A stretch of 64,000 nt of DNA from Paramecium tetraurelia. Its lineage: Eukaryota. The notes beneath the pieces are model-generated. The model was given only the letters and a program-made list of their open reading frames with translations. It did no database searches and was not told where the DNA came from. A program made the position numbers and the translations under genes. The stretch lies in the NCBI GenBank assembly GCA_000165425.1, contig CT868629.1, forward strand, positions 124,001-188,000, given 5' to 3'. Shown in pieces: positions 42,701 through 56,888 of the stretch. Every line of letters begins with the position of its first letter. Position 1 is the stretch's first letter.

Positions 42701-45700
42701 TACCAGCAGGACAGACACAATTTGAACCCACTCTATCTCCTTTGCATGTAACACACAAATCCTTTTTCTTTTGACAAGTTGCACACTACCAATCACATGG
42801 TTGACAAATTGGATTCTTGTTATCTTCATCATCAAAATATCCAGAAGGACATGAGCAAAATGGTGCATCCTGATTCCTATTAGCAGCACATTTCAAACAG
42901 TTGATGTATGCTTCATTACAAGTGGAACATTTATAGTAGCATAATAGGCATTCAGCAGTAGGAGAATCTATCATATATCCAGTCGGACAATCACATTAAG
43001 GAAGTGTCATTCTATTGCCTGGACAATTTCCAATGCAATTATTGCTTTGAGTTTGACAATTAAAGCATTAAACATCACATTCTTAGCATACTAAATTATC
43101 TGGATCTCCAAATTTATGATTTCCACAATTAGGAACACATTTTCCATTCAACAAATATGTCTAAATATTGGTGTTACTTTCTTTTTATGGACATGATAAA
43201 CAACTTTCTTCTTTTTCATCTGAACATGTAAGACAGGACGAATGACAAGCTTGACATTGGAAAGTTGTTAAATTCAAAAATGATTTAAGGGGACATTTAA
43301 TATAGCAAGTGTTTTGTTCTGGATAAAAATAGAGATCGGAAGGACAGGATGTGCATTAATTTGATTCTTTTCCAGAACAATTGAAGCAGAATTTATCACA
43401 ATTAGAACAAACATTATTAGCCTTGAAAAATTCATCTGGGCAATCAGTCTAACAAGTGTCTTTATACAAATAGTATCCATCTTCACATGCCATACATTGA
43501 GTAGACTTAACACCATCACATTTAGAGCAACCCTAATAGCATTTTTCACACTTCTAATTAGATTCATTTGAAAAGTATCCAGAAGAACAATCTTTGACAC
43601 ATTTGTCATTAGGTGAAAGATAGGTCGTAGCATAGCAACTGTTACAATTTGTATCTAGTCCACCAAAGCAAGTCTTACAAGTTTCATTACAAGCCAAACA
43701 AATATTGCCATTTAGATCATCAGCATAGGCATATGATCCAGCTCTACAAGTTATTCTGCAAATTCCATCTTCCATATATCTAATTTAAGAGGCACTTGTT
43801 TTAGGATGGACAACTGTTCCACATTTAATACAATCCAAACTTGTGGAGCCTGAACAAGTCTTACAGGTCCAATCACAATTTGAACATTAAAATGAGTCTG
43901 AATTATTGTATTTACCATCTGGACATGTCTATTAACATTGTACATTTTTCAGAGCTTTATTGGAATCATAAGTCAAGTCAATGAAATAGGTTGATTCACA
44001 TTAAATACATTTTGTAGATCCTAATAAATCTTCATCATAAACACAATTTGAACAATTAGAAACACACTTAACGCATATTTATTATGTTGAATGTTTAATC
44101 TATTTGTCTGGGCATGAGGTAACACAATAGGAATCTTCAACTCTTAAAGCAAAATCTGCGCAAGTTGAACAAACAGTTGAATTATCTTAGCAAATCTTAC
44201 ATAATCTATTGCAAACAATACATTGATTTTTGACAACGTAATATCCATCTTGACAACCAGACAAACATTATGAATTGGATAATATTAAATTATTACAAGA
44301 TCTACAAGTTGTGGCTTAATCATTTAAACAAGTTGAACAGCTAGAGTCACAATTATCATACAAACAAACACCATTTTAAATATCAGGTTAATACAGTTCT
44401 CCACATTGTTATTCACAAGTCCAATCATAATCACTAGTATAAGAGTTGAATGAAAGTTTTAAGAAATAATCAGTTTTACAACTGGAACATTAATTATTTT
44501 CCGATCCTGTGCATGTGAAACAAGAATTATGACATTTTTAACAACTTTTCTAAGTAGCATCAAAGTAAAATCCTACAATACAATACACATAACACTATTC
44601 CTCCAATAAGAAGTACTTGGATGCATCACAAGAACTGCAAGTTGCATTATTTTCACATGTTAAACAATTATTCATACATTTCTCACAAGAGTTTGTGGTT
44701 TCATTCTAGAAGTACCCTTCAATGCAAGAGATCAAGCATTGAGAATTAAACAGGAACAGTTGATGACTACAAGTTAAACATTAGTTTGAGCTTGGACCAT
44801 TGCAAGTTTTGCAAGATATATTGCATTAAGCGCATTAATCAACATTCAAATAATAACCATCTATACAAACATCACTACATACTCCTCCCATAAACATCAA
44901 AGTTTCAATACAAGTCAAGCAATCATCCTCCTCAGGTCCATCACATGTTAGACACGTAGAAGGACAAACTTTGCATTTATTGTAAATGGTGTCAGGGTAA
45001 TAAGATGAATTACAACTTTCAATACATTTACCACTTTAATCACTTTCTTAGATTTTTTAAAGATATAATCCAACTGAACATGATGTACATTCCTAGATGT
45101 CACTACCTATGCAATGATTACAAGTATAATGACAAGAAGTACATACTTAATCTACCGCCACATATCCTTAATTGCAACTATCCAAACACTCTTTGCCTTG
45201 CTTAACTGAAGAAGCAGAACAAGAAGTACAATCGGTAGCATTAGGCCCATCGCATTCCTTACACTTTGAGTTACATGGTACACAAGAGGAGGTAACAGTA
45301 TATAAGTATGTACCTTTTGAGCAAGTGGATACACAAGTTCCTAAATAAAGATAAAATCCAGTAAAGCAAGCTAGACAATTATTATTGAGATTTCCGTCAC
45401 AAGCTCTACATGATGCATGGCACTATTCACAAATCATAAGTTAATTATTTCTAAAAGTTAAGGATGGGCATTTTAATACACAATTAAAAGAGAATGTATC
45501 TGATACAATATCACCATATAATTGCTAATCTGTTGTGCTTCCATCTTAATTCATTACTTATTGTTTTGGACATTAAGTGACACAAGTATTCTGAAACAAA
45601 AAGTAATTTTTTTGGTAATTGTTGATATTTGAGTTCATGCATGTTGTACAATTATCAGCTGATGAGTTTGTGCAACTTTTACAATTTGCAGAGCATAATA

Positions 45701-48700
45701 CACAAGTTCTAGTAGTGATATCTCCATAATATTAGTAAGGACAGACAGTTAAACAAGGTGAATTAACATCTGAACTTAAAGGACTCATAAATCTATTTAT
45801 TACACATAAAGTGCATTTGGCAGTGTCATCAACACACTAACTGCAAAATTGATGACAAGTATCGCAATTACTATTTAAACTATTTGGGAATGTTCCAGCT
45901 GGACATGTTTAATTACAAGAATAGTTAGAATAAAACAATCTTGGACTAGTTGTGGCTATACATGATTAACATTTGTCTGCTATTGTACCAAAACATGTCT
46001 TACAACCAGCATAACATGCTTAACATATTCTAGTTCCTTAATCTCCATAGAAGCCATCTGGACACGAAGTTTAGCATAATGAAGGAGTTCCGATTAAAAA
46101 TGATTCTTAACTACATGATGTACAAGATGAAGAATTTGTACAAGTAGCACAAGTGGAAAGACATGCTTTACAAGTCTTTGTTACTGCATCAGCAAAATAA
46201 CCATCTGGACAATATTGATTGCATGAATTTGAAAATAGGAAGGTTGTATTGCAACTTAGACAATTATCAATCTTTGCTCCAGAACATGTCAGACAACTTG
46301 GATCACATTATTTGCAACTTCTTGTTAAAGTATCTCCATACTAATTGCTTAGACAACTTGTTGTACACAATATTCCAGTGTAGAAAGTTTAGTCATTACA
46401 TCTTTAACAAGAAATAGTATCATTACAAACTGCACAATTAGATATGCAAGATGTACATGTTGTTCCTGTTTTATAGGATCCAGTAGGACAGCTAATATAA
46501 CATCCTTTATTATAAAACAAGTATCCAAAATCACAAGTGTTGCAATTTCCCATTCCAATTCCTGTGCAACTAGCGCATCCTTATGAACAAGTATCACATC
46601 TCATATTCACATTATCTAAAAAGGTACCTGCTGGACAAGTTGCAATACAGTTTCCCAAATAATTGAATCTTCCTCCTGAACAGATTATACAATCTGCTTA
46701 TGTCGAACCTTTACATGTCTTACAGCCAGGATCACATAATCTACAAGCTCTAGCAGATACTGCTCCAAAATATCCTTCAGGACATTGAGCTAAACAATTA
46801 TTTAGAGAATTTAGTGTATTTAAGAAGAATCCTTCATCACAGTATTAACAATCTAATGGGTTTATGCATTTTAAGCAACCATTTATACAATTTTCACATC
46901 TAAATGTGTCTGATTTTCCATAAAATCTATCTGGACATAAGGTTGTACATTTTTTAGTAGTAGCTAAGTAATAAATAGATTATCCGCATGATAAACAATT
47001 ATTATCTAATGGGCCATCGCATGTTAAACAAGAAGTATTACATGGCTGACAAACTTTATTGACATCTCCATAATAGCTCGATGGACATAAAGCCATACAT
47101 TAGTTAAGTAAAAAGAAATGAGTACTGGCACATTTAGTACATCTTTAAGCGGAAGTTGATGTACATGAAGTACAATTATCTGAACATTGATCACATCTAT
47201 TTGTATTAGTATTTGCTACATAACCCGCATTTTCTCCACAACTTGCTAAACATTTTTTATTTAGCAAATATCTTCCAGCTGAGCAAGAAGTACAAGAGGT
47301 TTCTTAATCATCAATACAATCCTTACAAGTTGAATGACAACTAGCACAAATACCACCTGAAACAGTAGGAGTTTATGACGGTCTCTAATAGAATGTAGTC
47401 TGACATTCAGGCATGCATAAACCTTTCACTAATTGCCCTGTTGTATATTACAAATACATATTCGGGTAGCATTCTGTACATGCTGTTGCAGCATCCTAAC
47501 ATTGTCTGCAAGCTTTATCGCAAATGGAGCAAGTGAAATCAGTGTTCTTATAATATCCAGGTAAACATTAAATCAAACATTACCTTTGTTATTACAAATA
47601 CAAGCTGCAAGTAGTGGATGTACATACATTATTCATAGAATCACTGGCAGTTTAAGCTATTGAAGGTAGACAAGAAGTACAACCAGTATCACCAGTTGAG
47701 ATGCAAACTTTACAATTTGAAATTGGACATTTGATACATTGTTGATTATTGACATCCTAGAAGAATGAATCTCCACAAGTATTTGCACATATATTATTTC
47801 CTAATCCATCCCAATTCTATTTGTAGTAGAAACCAGTATTACATAAAGTACATTAATTGGAGGTTGTACAAGTTGAACAATTGGCCATACATTAGATGCA
47901 ATCATCTCCAGAAGTATAAGTACCAGGTTTACAGATGCAAGTTGGAGGTTAAATTCTTGAGTTTATGCAAGCTAGACAATTCTTGGCAGATCCACTGCAA
48001 GTGATACAATATTTAGTATTACACTATTCACAATTCAATTATCCACCATCGAAAAATCCATATGGGCAAGTTGCACATTAGGGAGTGCCTTGTCTATTAC
48101 CTGCACATTTTAAACATTGTGATAAGGACTGAGTACAAGTTGAGCATTTTACTGAACAAGCTTAACAAGTGCTAGTAATAACACCATTCTAAGTTTGATT
48201 TAATGTGAAGAAGCTATCCTAACAAGTTAAGCATCTGTTCAAGCCACTACAAGTCACACAAGATGAATCCATATTACTGCATGATAAGCATGTATTAGAA
48301 GTAGTTAAATAATAAGAATTACTAACACAAGTAATGCATTTTGTAGCAGTCTCACATGTACTGCAATTATTTGTACATTTAATGCAAGAAGTTCCTTCTA
48401 AATAATAACCTTATACACAAGTTGTACAACTATTTTATGCAGAACATTGATCACAAGGACTAGAACATAGTTTACATTTCTTTGAAGTATCAATATCAGA
48501 AGAATCAAAATAGTATTTATTAATACAAGATTTACAGACATCCTAATCACAAGTTTTACAAGGTAATGAACAACTGATGCATTGACTTAAGCTTAATTTA
48601 TAGAGATCATTTTAACATTTTGTACAAATAGAACCAGAATTGCATTCAATACAAGGTGATGTGCATGCAACACATTCTGATCCATTATAATAATAACCAA

Positions 48701-51700
48701 CCGAACATGTTTGACAAATTGTCAAACTTGTACATGTAACGCATTTAGGATCACACGATTTACAAGTATTATTTTCCAAATATGTACCTGTAGCACAACT
48801 TAAACATGTCGTTGCAGCACCTACGCAAGTGACACAAGAATTTTTATCACAATCCAAACAATTCTTTTATGTTTAATCATAATATTTTCCAGATAAGCAT
48901 AATTTGCAAATATTTAGCGATTCACAAGTCCAGCAAGGTGAAACACATTTATTACAGCTATTGGCTTCATAATAATATAAATCTAAACAAGATGTGCATG
49001 AAGTTGCTGAATTAACACAAGAATTGCAAGGTGATAAACATGGTATGCATTTATTTTCGGTTGATAAAAACTACCTTATAGTACATGACATACAATAATC
49101 AGCTTAATTCTAACAAGTCTTACAATTACTGTTACAAATCAAGCATTGTGTACCAGATAAATAATAACCATCTGTGCAACTAGTACACTAAGATTCAGTT
49201 TGCTCACAAGAATAACAAGGATTTAAACAAGACAAACATTTAAAGTTTAAGTAGTATTGGTTGGTCTAGCATGCAATACATTAATCATTAATTATTTCAT
49301 ATCCAATATCGCATGAAGTACACTGAGTTGATGAATTACAATTATTACAATGATTTGAACAAAGAGAACAGTTTGTGTTTTCTAAATAATATCCAGTCTA
49401 ACATAATGAACAAGAAGTATTTCCCCCTGCCAAGCAATTAATACAAGGCAATTAACAAGGTTAACAACTATCATTTTCTAAAAAGTATCCGCTATCGCAA
49501 TTTGTGCAGACATTTAGAGCATTACACATATTACATGGAGCAATGCAAATTTTGCAAGTTGAAGAATCTAAATAGTACCCATTAGAGCAGGTTTGACAAT
49601 TAGTCGAAATTCCTTAACATCTTGTACAAGTTGGGTCACAATCTTTACAAATTAAATCAATGCTATCGTAATATTATTACTCTGGACATGTACAATTTGA
49701 ACAATCTATGATTTTATAGACATTACTAAATTACTTGAACATTTATTTAATTCGTCAACTTCATATCCGTTATCACAGCTCGTACAATCTCCACTTGTAT
49801 CAGCACAAGTGACACAATGCTCGGAGCACTAAGTACAAGTTTACCCATTCAAGTAGTATCCAATATTACATGAGGTACATGAAGCAGGCATATCAGCACA
49901 AGTTTTACAGGAAGCCAAACATTCTTCACAATTAGCGCCAAAGTATCCAAGAGCACAAGCATGGCATATTACAGAGTTATCTAAGAAATCACATGTTGAT
50001 TCGCATTTTGTAGGACAATCTAGGAAATAATTAAAACATATAAATTACGTTAGCATGTTGTTGTGTCAAGATAAAATGTTTCTTTACAACTTGAGCACTG
50101 AGAAACCTATTCCCCGTTGCACAAAGCACACTCTGGAGAACATTCTTAGCACACAGATCCATCGAAGTAATACCCATCAGTACAGCTTTAACATATTACG
50201 TTAGTTAAGCAACTTAAGCAAGGCTCCACGCATTGATGACAGATTTATGAATTCAAGTAGTAACCATAATGACATTTCGAGCATTGAGTATTTCCAGATT
50301 CTGAACATTCTTTGCAAGGAGGATCGCAAAGAGTACATTGGTGAGTTGAACTATCGTGATAATATTCAGGAACACAAGTTGAGCAAGCTGTCTCGGATTC
50401 ACAATGATCACATGGGAATATGCAAAAAAAGCAGGAATTATTCATCAAATAGTATTTTTGTTAGCAAGATAGACAATGAGCGCCATCAATCTCACAAGTT
50501 TCACAAGGACTGTTGCATTGAGCGCAAGCATCACCTAATTAAAAGGACCCAGGAGAACATTATTTGCAAATACCATCCAAATAATAATTTTACTGGCAAG
50601 ATGTACATGTAGTAGCATTAGTGCATAAATTACATCCATCAGGACAAGTTTCACATGAGCCTCCATCTAAGTAATACCCACCAGCGCAAGATTCACATTG
50701 AGTTTCAGAAGTACATATTTAACATCTATCATCACATTTTGTACAAGCTTGATTATCAAGCCAATATCCAGCATCACACACAGTACAATCGATCTCAGTA
50801 TTGCACTCAATACACGGAGTAATGCATGGTTAGCATTCATTTCCTGAAAGGTATTTTCCTGGAGAACAACTAGAACAATTGGTGTCGTTGTCAAAGCACG
50901 AATTACAATTTGTTGAACAATTATAACATTTTCCAGTTAAGTAATATTGAGTGCTGGTGCAGGGTGTGCACCATCCGACCACCAGTTCATAATTGTCATC
51001 GCAAGAGGTGCATTCAGTATCAGAATCACATTAATTACAATGAGCTGAGCAATCTTTACAGGTTGTATTATCTAAATAATAGCCTATTTGACAATCGGAA
51101 CAATTGGCGGGAGAAATATCACATAGTGTACAATTCAAATCGCACTGTTCGCAAATTAAATCATTAAGATAATATCCATTTTGACAGGATTAACAATCTG
51201 TATTTCCTTGAGTTGAACAGTTTACGCATGGCAAATCGCATTTGAAACAATCAGTACCGTCTAAATAATATCCAAGGACACATGATTGGCAGGTTGCTAT
51301 GTCAGAACAATCTAAGCAAGGAGCGGTACATTTAGTACAAGTGGAGCCATTCAAATAGTGTGTAGGTGAACATGATTGGCAATTATTGGCTACACCATTA
51401 CATAATGTACAAATTGGGTCACAATCTTTACAAATTAAATCAATGCTATCGTAATATTATTACTCTGGACATGTACAATTTGAACAATCTATGATTTTAT
51501 AGACATTACTAAATTACTTGAACATTTATTTAATTCGTCAACTTCATATCCGTTATCACAGCTCGTACAATCTCCACTTGTATCAGCACAAGTGACACAA
51601 TGCTCGGAGCACTAAGTACAAGTTTACCCATTCAAGTAGTATCCAATATTACATGAGGTACATGAAGCAGGCATATCAGCACAAGTTTTACAGGAAGCCA

Positions 51701-54700
51701 AACATTCTTCACAATTAGCGCCAAAGTATCCAAGAGCACAAGCATGGTCATATTACAGAGTTATTTAAGAAATCACATGTTGATTCGCATTTTGTAGGAC
51801 AATCTAGGAAATAATTAAAACATATAAATTACGTTAGCATGTTGTTGTGTCAAGATAAAATGTTTCTTTACAACTTGAGCACTGAGAAACCTATTCCCCG
51901 TTGCACAAAGCACACTCTGGAGAACATTCTTAGCACACAGATCCATCGAAGTAATACCCATCAGTACAGCTTTAACATATTACGTTAGTTAAGCAACTTA
52001 AGCAAGGCTCCACGCATTGATGACAGATTTATGAATTCAAGTAGTAACCATAATGACATTTCGAGCATTGAGTATTTCCAGATTCTGAACATTCTTTGCA
52101 AGGAGGATCGCAAAGAGTACATTGGTGAGTTGAACTATCGTGATAATATTCAGGAACACAAGTTGAGCAAGCTGTCTCGGATTCACAATGATCACATGGG
52201 AATATGCAAGGAGAGCAGGAATTATTCATCAAATAGTATTTTTGTTAGCAAGATAGACAATGAGCGCCATCAATCTCACAAGTTTCACAAGGACTGTTGC
52301 ATTGAGCGCAAGCATCACCTAATTAAAAGGACCCAGGAGAACATTATTTGCAAATACCATCCAAATAATAATTTTACTGGCAAGATGTACATGTAGTAGC
52401 ATTAGTGCATAAATTACATCCATCAGGACAAGTTTCACATGAGCCTCCATCTAAGTAATACCCACCAGCGCAAGATTCACATTGAGTTTCAGAAGTACAT
52501 ATTTAACATCTATCATCACATTTTGTACAAGCTTGATTATCAAGCCAATATCCAGCATCACACACAGTACAATCGATCTCAGTATTGCACTCAATACACG
52601 GAGTAATGCATGGTTAGCATTCATTTCCTGAAAGGTATTTTCCTGGAGAACAACTAGAACAATTGGTGTCGTTGTCAAAGCACGAATTACAATTTGTTGA
52701 ACAATTATAACATTTTCCAGTTAAGTAATATTGAGTGCTGGTGCAGGGTGTGCACCATCCGACCACCAGTTCATAATTGTCATCGCAAGAGGTGCATTCA
52801 GTATCAGAATCACATTAATTACAATGAGCTGAGCAATCTTTACAGGTTGTATTATCTAAATAATAGCCTATTTGACAATCGGAACAATTGGCGGGAGAAA
52901 TATCACATAGTGTACAATTCAAATCGCACTGTTCGCAAATTAAATCATTAAGATAATATCCATTTTGACAGGATTAACAATCTGTATTTCCTTGAGTTGA
53001 ACAGTTTACGCATGGCAAATCGCATTTGAAACAATCAGTACCGTCTAAATAATATCCAAGGACACATGATTGGCAGGTTGCTATGTCAGAACAATCTAAG
53101 CAAGGAGCGGTACATTTAGTACAAGTGGAGCCATTCAAATAGTGTGTAGGTGAACATGATTGGCAATTATTGGCTACACCATTACATAATGTACAAATTG
53201 GGTCACAATCTTTACAAATTAAATCAATGCTATCGTAATATTATTACTCTGGACATGTACAATTTGAACAATCTATGATTTTATAGACATTACTAAATTA
53301 CTTGAACATTTATTTAATTCGTCAACTTCATATCCGTTATCACAGCTCGTACAATCTCCACTTGTATCAGCACAAGTGACACAATGCTCGGAGCACTAAG
53401 TACAAGTTTACCCATTCAAGTAGTATCCAATATTACATGAGGTACATGAAGCAGGCATATCAGCACAAGTTTTACAGGAAGCCAAACATTCTTCACAATT
53501 AGCGCCAAAGTATCCAAGAGCACAAGCATGGCATATTACAGAGTTATCTAAGAAATCACATGTTGATTCGCATTTTGTAGGACAATCTAGGAAATAATTA
53601 AAACATATAAATTACGTTAGCATGTTGTTGTGTCAAGATAAAATGTTTCTTTACAACTTGAGCACTGAGAAACCTATTCCCCGTTGCACAAAGCACACTC
53701 TGGAGAACATTCTTAGCACACAGATCCATCGAAGTAATACCCATCAGTACAGCTTTAACATATTACGTTAGTTAAGCAACTTAAGCAAGGCTCCACGCAT
53801 TGATGACAGATTTATGAATTCAAGTAGTAACCATAATGACATTTCGAGCATTGAGTATTTCCAGATTCTGAACATTCTTTGCAAGGAGGATCGCAAAGAG
53901 TACATTGGTGAGTTGAACTATCGTGATAATATTCAGGAACACAAGTTGAGCAAGCTGTCTCGGATTCACAATGATCACATGGGAATATGCAAGGAGAGCA
54001 GGAATTATTCATCAAATAGTATTTTTTGTTAGCAAGATAGACAATGAGCGCCATCAATCTCACAAGTTTCACAAGGACTGTTGCATTGAGCGCAAGCATC
54101 ACCTAATTAAAAGGACCCAGGAGAACATTATTTGCAAATACCATCCAAATAATAATTTTACTGGCAAGATGTACATGTAGTAGCATTAGTGCATAAATTA
54201 CATCCATCAGGACAAGTTTCACATGAGCCTCCATCTAAGTAATACCCACCAGCGCAAGATTCACATTGAGTTTCAGAAGTACATATTTAACATCTATCAT
54301 CACATTTTGTACAAGCTTGATTATCAAGCCAATATCCAGCATCACACACAGTACAATCGATCTCAGTATTGCACTCAATACACGGAGTAATGCATGGTTA
54401 GCATTCATTTCCTGAAAGGTATTTTCCTGGAGAACAACTAGAACAATTGGTGTCGTTGTCAAAGCACGAATTACAATTTGTTGAACAATTATAACATTTT
54501 CCAGTTAAGTAATATTGAGTGCTGGTGCAGGGTGTGCACCATCCGACCACCAGTTCATAATTGTCATCGCAAGAGGTGCATTCAGTATCAGAATCACATT
54601 AATTACAATGAGCTGAGCAATCTTTACAGGTTGTATTATCTAAATAATAGCCCTATTTGACAATCGGAACAATTGGCGGGAGAAATATCACATAGTGTAC

Positions 54701-56888
54701 AATTCAAATCGCACTGTTCGCAAATTAAATCATTAAGATAATATCCATTTTGACAGGATTAACAATCTGTATTTCCTTGAGTTGAACAGTTTACGCATGG
54801 CAAATCGCATTTGAAACAATCAGTACCGTCTAAATAATATCCAAGGACACATGATTGGCAGGTTGCTATGTCAGAACAATCTAAGCAAGGAGCGGTACAT
54901 TTAGTACAAGTGGAGCCATTCAAATAGTGTGTAGGTGAACATGATTGGCAATTATTGGCTACACCATTACATAATGTACAAATTGGGTCACAATCTTTAC
55001 AAATTAAATCAATGCTATCGTAATATTATTACTCTGGACATGTACAATTTGAACAATCTATGATTTTATAGACATTACTAAATTACTTGAACATTTATTT
55101 AATTCGTCAACTTCATATCCGTTATCACAGCTCGTACAATCTCCACTTGTATCAGCACAAGTGACACAATGCTCGGAGCACTAAGTACAAGTTTACCCAT
55201 TTCAGTAGTATCCAATATTACATGAGGTACATGAAGCAGGCATATCAGCACAAGTTTTACATGAAGCCAAACATTCTTCACAATTAGCGCCAAAGTATCC
55301 AAGAGCACAAGCATGGCATATTACAGAGTTATCTAAGAAATCACATGTTGATTCGCATTTTGTAGGACAATCTAGGAAATAATTAAAACATATAAATTAC
55401 GTTAGCATGTTGTTGTGTCAAGATAAAATGTTTCTTTACAACTTGAGCACTGAGAAACCTATTCCCCGTTGCACAAAGCACACTCTGGAGAACATTCTTA
55501 GCACACAGATCCATCGAAGTAATACCCATCAGTACAGCTTTAACATATTACGTTAGTTAAGCAACTTAAGCAAGGCTCCACGCATTGATGACAGATTTAT
55601 GAATTCAAGTAGTAACCATAATGACATTTCGAGCATTGAGTATTTCCAGATTCTGAACATTCTTTGCAAGGAGGATCGCAAAGAGTACATTGGTGAGTTG
55701 AACTATCGTGATAATATTCAGGAACACAAGTTGAGCAAGCTGTCTCGGATTCACAATGATCACATGGTAATATGCAAGGAGAGCAGGAATTATTCATCAA
55801 ATAGTATTTTTGTTAGCAAGATAGACAATGAGCGCCATCAATCTCACAAGTTTCACAAGGACTGTTGCATTGAGCGCAAGCATCACCTAATTAAAAGGAC
55901 CCAGGAGAACATTATTTGCAAATACCATCCAAATAATAATTTTACTGGCAAGATGTACATGTAGTAGCATTAGTGCATAAATTACATCCATCAGGACAAG
56001 TTTCACATGAGCCTCCATCTAAGTAATACCCACCAGCGCAAGATTCACATTGAGTTTCAGAAGTACATATTTAACATCTATCATCACATTTTGTACAAGC
56101 TTGATTATCAAGCCAATATCCAGCATCACACACAGTACAATCGATCTCAGTATTGCACTCAATACACGGAGTAATGCATGGTTAGCATTCATTTCCTGAA
56201 AGGTATTTTCCTGGAGAACAACTAGAACAATTGGTGTCGTTGTCAAAGCACGAATTACAATTTGTTGAACAATTATAACATTTTCCAGTTAAGTAATATT
56301 GAGTGCTGGTGCAGGGTGTGCACCATCCGACCACCAGTTCATAATTGTCATCGCAAGAGGTGCATTCAGTATCAGAATCACATTAATTACAATGAGCTGA
56401 GCAATCTTTACAGGTTGTATTATCTAAATAATAGCCTATTTGACAATCGGAACAATTGGCGGGAGAAATATCACATAGTGTACAATTCAAATCGCACTGT
56501 TCGCAAATTAAATCATTAAGATAATATCCATTTTGACAGGATTAGCAATTACAGATTTCATCAGATTCTAAACACATTTAATTAACTATTTTTCAATTTA
56601 ATTTTTACCACAGCAAATATTGCTTACCAAACTATAACCTTCTTAGCACTAAGTACAAGTATTAACATCACTTTTACAATCAATGCAATTAGATACGCAG
56701 GCTATTAAGTAGTATACGTTATTACATTAACATTAGCTTTCTTCTAAAGTGTACCCTTCAATACACTCTATACAATTGATGTTTTCGTTGTCGCATTAAC
56801 CACATTTTTCAAGTGAGCAAGGGGGAGAGCATATTACCTTCTTAATTGTTTACATGAAAATAAACATAAAAAGTAGATTGCTTTTCAT
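36771..56888 (-). CDS. Giant polycystin-1/REJ-like surface receptor with furin-like Cys-rich repeats
   Basis: Signal peptide MKSNLLFMFIFM; ~14.5 kb of CxxCxxxCxxC furin-like repeats; REJ-like region (IEGGNR, DPNIK, INLPPRSC, PISGISFDTQF, VSDSLGA); GPS-like C..W..C..CQCEELT; one TM; Q/E-rich loop; C-terminal multi-TM block (RLPRPIRFCVLY). As assembled it carries frameshifts and a stop inside the repeat array. Confidence 0.75.
37810..38060 (-). repeat. Poly-Gln/Glu low-complexity tract in the receptor's predicted cytoplasmic loop
   Basis: Runs of TTA/TTG/CTA/TTC on + (TAA/CAA/TAG/GAA on the coding strand). Confidence 0.8.
49624..56544. repeat. Near-identical direct tandem array, unit 1783 bp, about 3.9 copies
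   Basis: Anchor ACAATCTTTACAAATTAAATC at 49638, 51421, 53205 and 54990 (spacings 1783, 1784, 1785); duplicated ORF-track entries; each unit has two 29-nt introns and 1725 coding nt. Confidence 0.97.

Noticed and set aside
50247..56519. Repeated plus-strand ORFs (121 aa MNSSSNHN..., 85 aa MLNNYNIF...)
   Set aside because: Antisense shadows of the Cys-repeat codons, recurring only because the DNA is repeated
49624..56544. Tandem array considered as a CRISPR array, transposon array or tandem gene family
   Set aside because: No repeat-spacer structure, terminal repeats or transposase; units have no own start or regular stop and are in-frame parts of one Cys-rich coding region
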